From the NCBI GenBank assembly GCA_002633005.1, contig NMRA01000104.1, positions 392,070 to 456,069 on the forward strand: DNA of 64,000 bases. The letters run 5' to 3'. Shown here piece by piece: positions 51,852-64,000 of this stretch. Source of the DNA: Phoronis australis (lineage: Eukaryota > Animalia > Phoronida). Position 1 is the first letter of the stretch; each line of letters starts with the position of its first letter. The notes under the pieces are model-generated. The model saw only the letters and a program-made list of their open reading frames with translations, was not told where the DNA came from and searched no databases. Both the position numbers and the translations under genes were made by a program.

Positions 51852-51968
51852 GCAACTTCTCCGGAGCATCTTTATCATATGTGCTCAGATCTCCGCCAAA
51901 CGAAGGGAAAGAAGTGCATTTACTGGTAACAATATAATTACCGCCACAGCCTGAAGCACGATAGTCAT
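51852..51968 (-). CDS. Claudin/PMP22-superfamily protein, coding exon 2 (ECL1 second half); not in the ORF track
   Basis: Acceptor TTTCTTTTTGTAG and donor TGC|GTAAGT, 117 nt, phase 1-1, open frame (D)DYRASGCGGNYIVTSKCTSFPSFGGDLSTYDKDAPEKL(H). It supplies the expected second ECL1 Cys. Confidence 0.82.
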
Positions 51969-52219
51969 CTACAAAAAGAAACGTCGCATAACTTCAACCT
52001 CTATGACATGTACATTAAGCAAAACATTCCCAGCGTTTGAGTTCAATTTTATGCGATTTTTGGCGCCAAACGAAAGACAACATTTCCCTAAAGTATGTTG
52101 CCAACAAGAAGGACGTTGACTCTCAGAGAGCTTTTTGCTGTCCACACGCATGCGTCACAAAACCAAGTGACTTAATCACGGATAGACGGATACGTCATAT
52201 TATAATGGATTGAATTGTG

Positions 52220-52919
52220 TAAATATAGATTTTTACTTGGCGAAGTCGTTATCCCCCGTTATCTAGAGCCGTTGTGGATTTTGGAGAATTATCGCCCGAG
52301 GGGCGTTAGCCCCGAGGCTGATAATTCTCCAAAATCCACGAGGGCTCTAGATAAGGGGGATAACGACTGAGAACGTGTAATAATCTATTTATACCACATA
52401 CTGAACGAGAAACATTGCAATGAATTGATCTACCTTTCTCGACTGGCCTCTGCTTTGTAACTACTTTCTACGTCAGACGCCCGGGGTCGGAGGTCGTGAA
52501 TTTTTAAGAAAAGCCGAGATATTTTTGTCAAATAATGCTTTTACTGAAAACCAAGCTATAATAGTTGCTAAACCTTAATTTATAGATTCAATTTATTTCT
52601 ATTGGTTTTGAGCATAAGCATTATTTGACAAAAATAGCTCGTCTTTTCTTAAAAGGTCACGACCTCCGACCCCGCGGGCCTCTGACATAGAAAGTAGTTA
52701 CAAAGCCGAGGAGAGTCGAGAAAGGTAGATCGATTCATTGCAATGTTTCTCGTTCAGTATGTGGTATAAATAGATTATTACATGTTCTCAGTCGTTATCC
52801 CCCTTATCTAGAGCCCTCGTGGATTTTGGAGAATTATCACCCTCGGGGCTAACTCCAAAATCCACTCGGGCTCTAGATAACGGGGTATAACGACTTCGCC
52901 ATGTAATAATCTATATTTA
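52220..52919. mobile_element. ~700-bp foldback element; each ~330-bp arm carries its own internal palindrome
   Basis: 52220-52553 is the reverse complement of ~52602-52919. Within the left arm, 52225-52300 pairs with 52310-52390 (TCTAGAGCC..TGGATTTTGGAGAATTATC / GATAATTCTCCAAAATCCA..GGCTCTAGA). Confidence 0.92.
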
Positions 52920-52937
52920 TCCTAAGCACATTCAAAC

Positions 52938-53097
52938 CACAGGCGTCCTCAGCTTCTGATCATCCCCAATACACTACATAATACTACAAGGTATGACACT
53001 CGGGACAAGGAATTCTACGGGTGCTTCACTTCAGTGTCATACCTTGTAGTATTATATATAGTGTATCAGGAACGATCAGAAGCTGAGGACTCCTGTG
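52938..53097. mobile_element. 160-bp MITE, ~63-bp TIRs, 8-bp TSD (hAT/P-like)
   Basis: CACAGGCGTCCTCAGCTTCTGATC...GATCAGAAGCTGAGGACTCCTGTG, with perfect TSD ATTCAAAC at 52930-52937 and 53098-53105. Confidence 0.92.
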
Positions 53098-53757
53098 ATT
53101 CAAACCAGCCAATAAAAACGCAGAGCGTACACCTGCATTTCCAACCAATAGGTGGCCCGGATGACACGTATTCTATAAGCTGCACACTGTAAAAATGTCA
53201 ATTGAAATATGCTTGCAAATGCACAGGTGCCTTATATATGTAGGCCTACAATGTCTGGAACAATTTATTTGATACGTGTGTGAAAGCTTCGCATAGAGTG
53301 GAGGGAATCAACTGTGCGAATCGTTATTTAAGTCAAATTTTCCTCTGCGAAAGTTTCGCCTGCTAAAGGGGAAATGACTAAATGGTTAAAAATTCAGGAG
53401 ACAATTTCGCTGCGAATTTTTCGCGTATATAGTGTGCGGCGACCCATAGCCGGCTATTGCGCTGTTCTTGTTGATGGTCTTCGCAATATTGATGCGTAAC
53501 GTTTCATATATTTCCATTACAATCCAACCTGCGTCTACTTGCGCTCAAAATTTAGCTAAATTTCAACTTTGCTTCTTTTTGAGTAAAGTTGGTTGGAAAC
53601 ATGACGTTTTATACATGTATGCAGACCTATTAGCATTATTTTTTAATCTGCCAGCTTATAGCATGTTACATAGCATATGCACAATCTTATGGAGTTGTTC
53701 ACGGAGGCTTGTGACATTGTTACGATTCATGCGCGTCAGTTAAATTTGATATCATAC

Positions 53758-54121
53758 CTGATAGCTCATCGCACGTGGACCATATACCCGCCACCCGCTT
53801 GAGCGGAACACAATGTACCACGTTGTCAGCCACACTGCCGTTACCGGTGGTGTTTTCTCGCCAATGAAGACCAATTGACGTCACGAGAAAATACTCGTCA
53901 TTATTCTCCGGTATCCATACTCTCATCTCTGTTCCGTTCATTGCTCGCACAGATTCTTTCTGGAACACCATCCGTTCCCAGTTGACTGACGTGTAGGCTA
54001 GTAGCACAAGAACCACCGCTGTAATCGACAGAAAGATAGATCCCCCAAGGAATACAAAAGAAGGCAGTGAAGCGAAACCCAGTCTCCGCATCAGGGACTG
54101 ACTGGAACCTAATTTATCCAT
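53758..54121 (-). CDS. Claudin/PMP22/EMP/MP20-superfamily tetraspan protein, coding exon 1 (TM1, long ECL1); spliced CDS 364+117+144+302 nt = 308 aa
   Basis: TM1 ending ...LLAYTSVNW, then GIWSTC (the W...GLW..C signature). Donor CAG|GTATGA, phase 1. A possible upstream acceptor at 54182-54183 suggests a 5' UTR exon. Confidence 0.88.
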
Positions 54122-55607
54122 TGCTGACTTGTGTAGTCCGGATGTTCACATCATTTAGAGCTTGTTTGACCTAACCGGATTCTGAAATATAGAACACAAT
54201 GGATCACACAACATATAGGCGTTCGGTAGGATGGTTTGCTTTAGAGGAGGCGAAGTTAGCGCAGCCCTTCCTCCGTCGACATCAGTTTTACTCCCTCCTC
54301 CCCAACAGCAAATTTTCTCCCGTTCTCAATTGGGTCGTTTTAATGGAAGGGCGTCCCGAATTTCAGGACTGGGAGTGCCCCCTGTCCCCGGATTTTTATG
54401 CCTGTACAAATACTGTAGGGAGCCGACCCCTGAGAAAGAGTGCTGAAAGGGCATCATACGTTTTAGTAAAGCTGCTTCGTGTTAAAATTTAATTTGTACT
54501 GGTTTTAATGGATACGAAATTCAAAGAATACATTGTGTATCTTTAACTTGTCTGTGAGCATAACAACATTGTTCCTGGCCAAAGTAATTAAAACCAGCAT
54601 TTGAGATTAATATCTGATTTGCATAAAGTATCGGACACAACGGGAAGAACTGTGTACAGTGTAATAAATGTTCTCAGTGTTTGATGTCTTCTGCAGAAGG
54701 TGCTAGTCAGGTCCGTCTTTGTCTTATTTTGTCCGACAATTTGCCTCACAGTTGCTACTTTTATCAAACTCTTTGCTACAAAATATCACCATCTGCTCGG
54801 TCATTTGAAAAATGTTGTAAACTCAAATTCATCACTTCTTTAATATCAACGTCAAAACGGTTCAGGTATTTGTAATTAAAATAGTTTTACTTTCTACCAC
54901 TAGGTAGTAGCGTGGTGTTTTTTGAAAAGCTAGAAAATGTCTTTTAATCAATAATCACACGTTGTGCCCCAGCTCTAAATTTCAACATTTTGTCATTTGT
55001 TCACAAATCCTTTCGCAAATTAATTGACATAATGCGAATATCAATGAGGTGAAAAATGTCAAAATAAAATTGTCAGGAAACCTTTTCTTGAAGTTCCCAG
55101 AGTTCAGGGCTCACGGACCATAAGACTTTCAGTTTTCAGTCTGTGAATGGGTTAGAGCTCATAGGCGCATATGCTTTAACGTTGCATTTATTTTATTTTA
55201 GAAGAAAAATCAAATCAGATACAGGGACGTGCCTTTCTTTTTCAAGTATATAAACAATGGTAAAATGAAAAAATTGATCTCGATGTCGTGGTTTGAATTT
55301 TTGGGTTTCCAAGAAGTGCGCACTAATGTTTGACTTGAAATTTATCTAGAGGTCGTGCGTTCTGCAAATTGCTATTCACAACAGAAATTAAAACTTCATT
55401 CGTATTTGCAAACGTTTCAAATATTGATTCCGTGAATTTGTTACCAACTCCATGTGGGCACCCAGCCTAAAATACAGGGGTGCTCGAATTTTTCGATATG
55501 CGGACCTTTTACTGAAAGAAATGAACGAGGCATTTTTTGCCTAATTCGCCAAACTGGGGGGCTCGTTCGAGTAATAGTATTCATTCTTTGAGCTATAAAA
55601 GGAACAC

Positions 55608-56085
55608 TACAGGCTGGGTTAGCACACGGTTACCTGTAGTGAGGCAGGACTAAACACACGGATAGTTCAGGGCGGTCCAGCACACGGATACCTCAGGCCG
55701 GGACAACACACGGATACCTCAGACTGGGTTAACACATGGATACCTCAGGGCGGACCAGCACACGGATACCTCAGGCCAGGACAACACACGGATAGCTCAG
55801 GCCGGGCTAACACAGGGATACCTTGGGCCGGGGAAGGACTAGTCGGATACCTCAAGCCGGGCTAACACACGGATACCACAGGGCGAACTCTCAGTAGAAC
55901 ACGGATACCTCAGAGCAGGCCAGCACACGGATACCTCAGGCCAGGCCAGCACACGGATAGCTCAGGAAGGCCACACAGAGATACCTGAGTCCGGGTTTGA
56001 TCAAACGGATTACTTCGGAAGGGGTAACACGGATGCCTCTGTCAGGCCGGGCTAGCACACGAACGCCTCAGGCCGGACTAGTACA
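55608..56085 (+). repeat. GC-rich minisatellite, ~22-24-bp unit, ~20 degenerate copies
   Basis: Consensus CAGGCCGGGC(T/C)A(G/A)CACACGGATACCT. Confidence 0.92.
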
Positions 56086-59000
56086 TATTCAACAATAACA
56101 TGTTAAATTTCACAAATTCCGTTTCTAAACAATATGTTCTCTTTACTTCAGTCGCATTATGCGCGCTACTTCAGTATTTCAAAATGTTCTGAAGATGCCG
56201 CATCTTTCATTTGAAACAGAACACATGTGGCAGTTTGCTTGACGAACAGATGTTTATTCCAACATGGGATCTGTTTTTACCTGTATCTACCAGTGCAAGA
56301 GTGCGTATATATTGTGTGTATAATGGTAGTGGATACTCATTAGCCTTCTCTTAAGGGTCGTAAAATCTTTTAAAATTGAAATGGAATCCTTGCGTAACTT
56401 CATCAACAAATAACAAAGAACAGTGAGAGTAGCTGCAAGGCCGCTAAACTTCGTATCAATCCTCCCCACTATTTTTCAATTAATCTCTCAATGAAGGACT
56501 AAACGTTAAATGCAGAGCGATATACTGACACTCAACGATATCTGTATATTAGATAAGACAAACAATAAATCTTTATCAAAAACTAACCTTTGGTTCAGGC
56601 CAATTATTGAAATAAAATCGTTCTCAGATCAGATTAGACATGATTTCTAGGTTAGAGAATTGAGACCTGAAAAGTCACTGTTGCGTGAGGCCAGACCTAT
56701 TAATTTTCCTTTCGCGACGGTTTACTTCCAGTTGCCATGACAATATCCGTTAGGGAATTTCCATTCGATTCGTTTTCTCCAATTTCATTTCAAGAAAATG
56801 TCATGAATACCAAATACACGTTTTAATTACACAAATTAGTTGCGTTTTCATGACGCTCTTGATATGGAAGAAGTTGGCACGGTACAGATAATTATAGCGG
56901 CTTTTAACTATTGAGACTTTCACCACAATTTGAAACAATTTAGATGGGTCCTGTGAAAACAAATGTAACAAAGAGTACAAAATTGCCTATTCCATGTTCA
57001 TTGAGACATCGTGCAAGTATTTTTAGTTCTTGTCTTTAATTTCCCTGCCCTAACGACGAAGTGATTTTGAAGGCAACCGTGATCCAACTCTTGAAAATGA
57101 GTTGTTTTGGACTTCTCCAGTTTTCTTTTTGAAGCATTGATGTGTCCAGTTTTCGATGATTTTTTATGCCTGACCTCTTCATACATTCACAAGAAAGTGA
57201 TTTGGGCTTGATAAATCACAAATTGTGTCAATGAAAAACACGGTTTTGTATAGTTACGAGAGCTAAAGGCAACAGAGTGCACTTTGTCGCCGGCGACATA
57301 ATGCAAAACGGCGATGTGAATGCACTGGTTGCAGTCTTCGTTATAGTTGTGGGCGACATAATGCCCTATAGCGACTCAATGCACCGGTTGATTTCAAACA
57401 TCACTTTAGATGCTGCTTAAAAGTCGTTGCTCCATGCCCCGACTGTTACTAAGAGACACAGCGGACGTCACTGACCAATGAATTGTTTCTCAAATGTACC
57501 GATCAGAACAATACTCCAATTTGCAACACACTCATTTCATCAACACTCGTAGGGAACTATTTTTAAACGTAGTCTGATTTCTATGACTAACTTTTGTTGT
57601 AGTCATTAATAAACGCGTATCCGTTTTATATGGAACAAACATTCCAATTCTATTGCATAGTAATGTCATAATCCACTACTACGAAGAAACTTACGCCACA
57701 CTCCTAGATACAGAAGAGCTTATGGTTAATTGATTAAGTAAATGAAGGCCGTTAAATTCTCGCTTCAAGCCAAACACGTGCGGAGCTTTGTTTGCTCGGT
57801 GTATCAATAATGCATCACATATATACATGTAGTAACTGACCTTTATAAGCCACGACGGAACAGTCTGTGACACCCAGATCCACAAGTCAAGAAATCAACA
57901 AAACGACAAAAAGCTATGTTTCGAAACTCGTGTTTCATCGACATGCTGACGATAAAAGAATCTATTTGCACGTTTACATGTACAACCTGGAAAACGTAGG
58001 AGCCGAGTTCAGTACAATAGCCATATAGACCCCTGCCCGCACACTGCGACTAGTCCGTTAGCTACGACTGTTATACCACGTTCGATTGCCATCAAATATA
58101 TAACGAAAACGTATATATTCGAAAACTATAGTGTATTCGGCGCGAAGTGGGACACTTCACACCATAGAAACTATTTGTTGGATCACAGGTTGGTGCTCGA
58201 AATCTGAGACTGGTTCCCTGAAGGAGAAAAGCGGTTCAACAGTACTTAGTTTGCGTAATTCCTGCTTAAAGGGATACTATACTTTGTTTTGTTGATTTCC
58301 ACCAATCCTCGTTCTGTCACCTGCTAATGCATCATTGGCGTCAATATTGAAAGATGAAAGCAGAAATCAACTAAAGACTCATACCCCGGCCCTATTCACA
58401 AATTGGATGTTAAGGTCCTCGGTGGGTGGTTGTCCCACCGCTGCCTTGTAATTCATGTTTACCTGTTTACAAGACTTTGAAAGGAGTTTTTAAATTTTCC
58501 TCCAAGCTTTTGAGTGTTGTCGGTTGTTGCAGAGCATTAATTCGCTTCTGAGAACTCTAGTGGACGGGAAACTCGTTTTTGTATCTGTTAATAGGGCAAA
58601 ACCAGGGTTCGTATCCTTTTACTATATCTGATGACTCATCAGATCGTGCTCTCAAACTTAAACAATTTGCAAGAAGGCGCCAGATTTTGCCTGTAAAAAC
58701 ACTCACGAGTTGCAACTTCGTAGCTGTAAAAAGATAGCAGACAGTGGAAACGGAAATCACTTGACTGTCCAATAAGTACACTATGTTAATTTTATTTCGT
58801 GACATGGTGATGTTCATAGCCATTTTAAAATGCTCCCTTCGTTCACCTTAAATTTCTTTAGTTCTGCAATAGATTTTTCTTCACAAATTCCCCCTAATAA
58901 ACTACTTGGTTAATTTATCTTCTTCCATGAAGGACATAAAATATAACCGGAAATATGAATAACATACCTTGCAGAAAGTGAAATAACACCTATCAGCATT

Positions 59001-59892
59001 ACTGAACGGCGGTCTAGTCACGAGTGTAGTATGCATTCATATTTGACCATTATAAAGTGCATTTCATCGTGCATACATTTACGCCGAACCCGTATTAGAC
59101 TAACAAAATCACCCCTTGACGTCAAATTAGTGTTGAAAAGTGTTGAATAATCACTTTACATGGTTATGTGAGCCTCAACTATAGCATGGAACTAATCAAT
59201 GTATGTAGACACGTGAATATCCAACACGTCGATTTTTTTAGCCAAAAGTCGCACACGACATTTGCGAAGAGGCCAACAAGCTAAATGAAACGTCGTTTAA
59301 AAGAATTTGAGATAAATATGATTTTGTAGAGAGGGGTGTAAATTAAATACTTGTATATCTGCAGGTACCAAGTATCAAGTCTGGTACTCTTTAAACAAGC
59401 GTGTGCTCCGTAGACGTGAGACTCTCACAAAAACGTCAGACTTCGCGAGAAATCGCCGTAACGTAATATAAGCAAAGCACGTGATTATACCAGCTTTCTT
59501 TGCGCGATTCTAGCACCTACGCAACCTTCTCTGTCTGCACACTCGGGTGGTTTCTTTCCTACTTTGTAGGATAAGTGTCTACCGCTTTACTGTACTGTAT
59601 ACTTTACGTCTTTTCAGCTCGAAAAGTAGTGTCGGAACACCGAATCGCTTTCTTGTACAACCGACCGAGTACTTCTCACTTCACCTCCATCATATGCGAA
59701 CCCTTGCCTTTGGTCTGTTGTTCGACCTTGTTTTTCACTTGATCCCACATCTTTCAAGGGACGAATCTTGTTGGAGATGCATCCAGCGGCTTAATATCAG
59801 CTTTGCGCTTGAATCCTGGTAGTCACAGCTATCGCTTCTTATCAGGATTCTTCGAGGGTTTTATTCCGTCCGAAGTGTCGGCAGTCTTTCCT

Positions 59893-59966
59893 CAAAGGCG
59901 GCGCAGCACTGAAATAACTGGGGGGGGGGGGATATAGCCCTCAGCCCCTATGGTGCGCCGCCCATG
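59893..59966. mobile_element. Short MITE, same family as 186-333
   Basis: CAAAGGCGGCGCAGCACTGAAA...GGTGCGCCGCCCATG, flanked by TTCCT/TTTCT. Confidence 0.7.
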
Positions 59967-61394
59967 TTTCTGCCTCTTGATTAGAGGTCACTGGTTTGTC
60001 CTCTGTGCCAATATTGCACACTAGATAGTCGTCTTCTGAGCTATCCCACAGATCGTTGCCTACCACGCTCTTGTTAACACTAGGCGTTGACTGATGCCGC
60101 TTGACATCCCTTGATCCAAAACGCCATATGTGTGTCCCCGATGACCAAATCAGCCACTGTACGCTCCATAGCCACCGCAAGCATCTCTCCCGTGTAGTGC
60201 AATGGGTTGATGTTGCTCGTGGAGCCATCTCTTGATTGAGTCCGCCAACTCGCACGGCTACCTTCGGTTGGTTATATTTCCTGGTTCAACTGGACTGGAT
60301 CGAACCACAGTGGTGGTGCAATCTTTGTCTCCCAGCACAGAAACCCTTTTTGTTCCGACGTACATTTCCATTGTGGCAACACCCTGTGCAAATCAGCCGC
60401 ACTGCATTGCCTCTACGGTGGTTTGACGGTTCTCGAATCGAAAGCACACGATCTTCAATTTGACATAATCCAGGGATATTGCTTTGAAAAAGAATGAGTA
60501 AGGTGTCAACGAAATTTGTACCTCAGAAACTTAGTCTGATGATAGGTCTGAATTTTAGACATTTAGACCAAGAGTCCAATATTAAGCCAACTCCGCAGTA
60601 GGCTAACTTTCGCTCGTAGCTTAGACCAATTTTGCCGGTATCTTAATTTTGTATGTAAGCTTCATGATACGGGTCGAAGACATTTCGGCCTTAAGTTAGC
60701 CCTATTCAGGACAGAAAAAATGTTTATGAAACGGACCTTTGATGGTGCTCTTTCATCTGAGTCCGCTTCCAAAACCCTCTGGCTACGTGCCCACTTTTGT
60801 CCCACAATAAATATTTCCTTTGCGAGGTCAGTCTTCTTCTGTTTTACAGGTTGCTCATTTTTATGCCTTTTCATTGATGACTGAGTGATCTTTATATATA
60901 GTCCGTGGACGTCAACGCCCTCTGCCAAGCAGGCCACTTTTGTAATGGTCTTGGGTGTTCGCTCATGCAGGAGCAGGACCACTGAGGTCTATAGTACAGG
61001 CTTTCAGGTGTAGCTCAAGCACCAACTGGTCTCTCAGCTGAACTGTGCTGCTATGTCGCTCCATCTGCCCAGGTAGTGCTGTAGGTAGCCAAAATGTAGT
61101 ACTTCGCGTCACCCCTCTCAACCCCCGACACCTGAGACTGCTTTGGAAACCCTTTCTTTGTCAGTTCATACCCCTTCAGTAGGACATTGTCAATGTACAT
61201 GTATCCTAGCCCAGCGCGTCGGCGGTGGGCAGGCTGCTGCGAACCTGTCAGAATCCGGCTTTCGTGTTAACAAGGTACTGAAACAAATTGCCCATCAGGT
61301 TAAGTGTTCCAGCCCTGACGTCGGCACTGTGACTCTTTCCGTGAAAATTGAGGTGCTTCGGTTTTACAACTTTGGATGCCTGTCGCGGAGTTAC

Positions 61395-61471
61395 ACTCTC
61401 GTTGGTTCCCTATGTGCCGAGTCAGCTCGTGCTGGCTACCTCTTAGGGGTACGCAGGGGACCAGCGAGAGT
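61395..61471. mobile_element. ~77-bp mini-MITE inserted in the Gypsy relic; same family as 43732-43804
   Basis: ACTCTCGTTGGTTCCCT / GGGGACCAGCGAGAGT inverted ends. Confidence 0.75.
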
Positions 61472-64000
61472 TTCCCTCAACTACATTTTTATCAGCGCCC
61501 TCTCGTGTTCCGTTCTTTCACAGTCTATCTGTTGTTCTTTCTTTTTTGTCTCTGAGTCGTGAGGCAGTCTTCGTTTCGTTGCTGCTGTGGTTTGTAGTTT
61601 TCATACATCTCAAGACCGCTGCTGTAATTCGCGTTACTGTTCCCTATCGGTTTAGTTTCGAATCAGCGCCCACTGTCGGTGTATTTTCAGGCGAAATGAC
61701 TCCTTTGCAACCATTTTAGTTGACCGCATATGAATTGATACGTAATTGTTTCGTTTCACGCAAAATAATAGATAAGAGATAATCGTCTATATAGAATTGA
61801 CTAATTGAAATCATTATCTTGAGTTGCAAATGACGCACTCAATGACTTTCATAACATAAATTTCAATAATTAATAACAGAAATTGATGCGTGAGTGAAAC
61901 ACTAATGGAAAGCCGTTAATAATATTTGTCAACACACGATTTTTGAGACAGATTTGACTAAAATATGACGTCTTCAAGTGTATATTGATCAACAGACCCA
62001 TGGGTTAAGAAGTTAAATGTAATAAAGTATAAAATACAGAATTGGTTGGCAATGGTGACGTCAGCTTTCATTGGCGACCTAAGGTTTCCGCTGAATCCCA
62101 TTTGGCGAGTTGGCGTTAAGCTAAGCATCGAGCGCTACCAAGTGAATCAAAGTTATGTGGGTTAGAAAGATGTCGAATTTCGGCTAACTTCGAAATATCA
62201 TATCTCTTGCAGCGCTTTTTATCGCCCATCTTACCAGATATTATTATTTTTACATATTTTAATTTATTTTCATCCCTATTCTTTGTACTTGTATTCTATA
62301 ATAAAATGCTGTATTCTGTCATAATAAATGATCTTATTTCTGCGGTAACGGCCTTGTGGCCCCCTTTTTATCGACCATAAAAAGATTCACTTTTGCCAAA
62401 GGGCTATAATAAATCCTTTTAAGGTTATCGTAAAAACAAAAATGCATAAAATTTTAAATGAAACATAGTTTACCAGATCTCATCTTCAAGAATCATATCA
62501 GACAAAATGTGGTCGTGTTGTTGATTTTCTATGAATATTCTTTTTTTTTTGTTTTAAATTAATTTTACTTGAAAAACATATACAAGTGACACAATGGCAG
62601 ATTGGCATGGAGTTAGCAACTAAACCCTAAATGCTTTTGTCGTAAAGAAAATGCCTATTTTTACTAATTTAGCTTCCACACTTCTGTAAATATTAGGCTG
62701 AATGTACAGATTAGTAGATAAGGCCTACACGGCATTAACATAAAAAAGAAGGCCCTATCCATTAGCACCACCTAGTGAATGTAAAGTCTTGGTTACAGTT
62801 GGTCAATTCGTTCGTGACGTCACACACTTCGCTCATCCCTCTGTTCCAAAAATGGTGGGGTGACTCAGAATGTAAGGAAGAACCAGGGCGACAACTATAC
62901 ATGACGAATATTTGCTCAGGCAATTTAGGCTTAGTATAATACAGCAACGAAATTCTTCATTTTGTTGAATTGAAACACAACGTGGCGTTTGATTTTGACC
63001 ACAATACGGCCGAAATGGTATTCTAATGACGTGACGTGTCCCCTGGATGGTCTTTTAGATGTAAAACACGAGGGGAACATGTCTTCCAAGATCCCACTAC
63101 ATCATAGCAAAGTATACATGTATACATGTAGTGATAGAAATCGTTTGCTTTATGGCTCATGTATTTAGACTGTGTTTTTACGAATCCTATCTCTTCTCTA
63201 ATCTATCATCTAACCTAAAATGTCAACTGATAAAATGATGAATGTACGAGACTTAATTTAAAATATGTTTTGAGTGTTCATCGTTGTAACGCACTGGGGT
63301 CTTTTATTTCGACAGTTGGCCTGCAACTTCAACTTGTAAATACCAAAGCTGTCTCTAAACGTTCAAAAAGTAGAAATCACCAAAAGTGGTAAGCTCCAAG
63401 CAGCGTCATAGATACCCCGCATGTACATGTATGATAGTCATAAATAAACAAATACAAACCTTTTATCCAAACCCGTCGACGAATACATTCACCAAATCAC
63501 AAACATCGCGTCACCTCTAATTCAAACGTTTTATAACCGCTAGAAGCTTTTCACCGTCTTCTAGGTGGGTAACTATAAAAATCCAATACTTCGATTTTTA
63601 TCGAGTGCGTTACTATGCGCGACAATGGTCGCTATTGTCTGACACAAGCCAGCGCTGCTAGTGGTTTATTCATGAGTGTCATGCCTCGCTGCAGTCGCTT
63701 TCCTGGTTACTGGCATGTTTAATTAAATAGAAAAGTCACTCGGAAAATTAAATAGCAGATTAAAATATGCGCACAAAACGCAATAAAGAACACCCTGATC
63801 CGATTTGAGTAAAACACGCACACTTGCAGGCACACGTGTTCGTAAGATTTGCATCGCGGTGCAATAACTAAAACTCGAAGCGAGCTTTAAATTCTATGAA
63901 CAAGAAATGCCTCTGCCACGTTTACGGCTTTAGCGATAGATGGCGTGACACTTACTTTTCAGGTTGGAAATTTCGATTCTGTTCCTTTTTGTTGCAGGGG

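Larger units (their letters stand above)
59570..61600 (-). mobile_element. Highly decayed Gypsy/Ty3 LTR-retrotransposon internal region (gag and protease-like)
   Basis: Ordered, frameshifted minus-strand remnants WAICFSTLLT, VLLKGYELT, LQHYLGRW and LLLHERTPKTITKVACLAE (SCAN-like gag), then VRLICTGC (cf. LRDTGC protease). GC is elevated. No LTRs found. Confidence 0.55.

Overview
AT-rich, repeat-dense eukaryotic DNA with spliced genes, microsatellites and two assembly gaps. The frequent TACATGTA motifs and the TE types suggest a marine invertebrate, possibly a hemichordate, echinoderm or cephalochordate (inference only). I can build three protein-coding genes, all on the minus strand. Two are tandem, two-exon paralogs (604 aa each by my splicing) encoding secreted proteins: signal peptide, Cys motif, long coiled coil and a C-terminal olfactomedin domain, a myocilin/amassin-like architecture. 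The third is a four-coding-exon, 308-aa tetraspan protein of the claudin/PMP22/EMP/MP20 superfamily; its exon 2 is missing from the supplied ORF track. The rest is non-autonomous DNA transposons and MITEs (TTAA-flanked Kolobok-like with THAP remnants, 8-bp-TSD hAT/P-like, Harbinger-like, and a nested 700-bp foldback), decayed LINE and Gypsy fragments, a tRNA-like SINE head and tandem repeats. The most notable signals are in the olfactomedin pair: a heptad-phased Cys ladder, His replacing a canonical Ca2+ ligand, extra Cys and mosaic divergence. I see no evidence for a prokaryote-type system. Family assignments rest on motif recognition by eye, not database searches.
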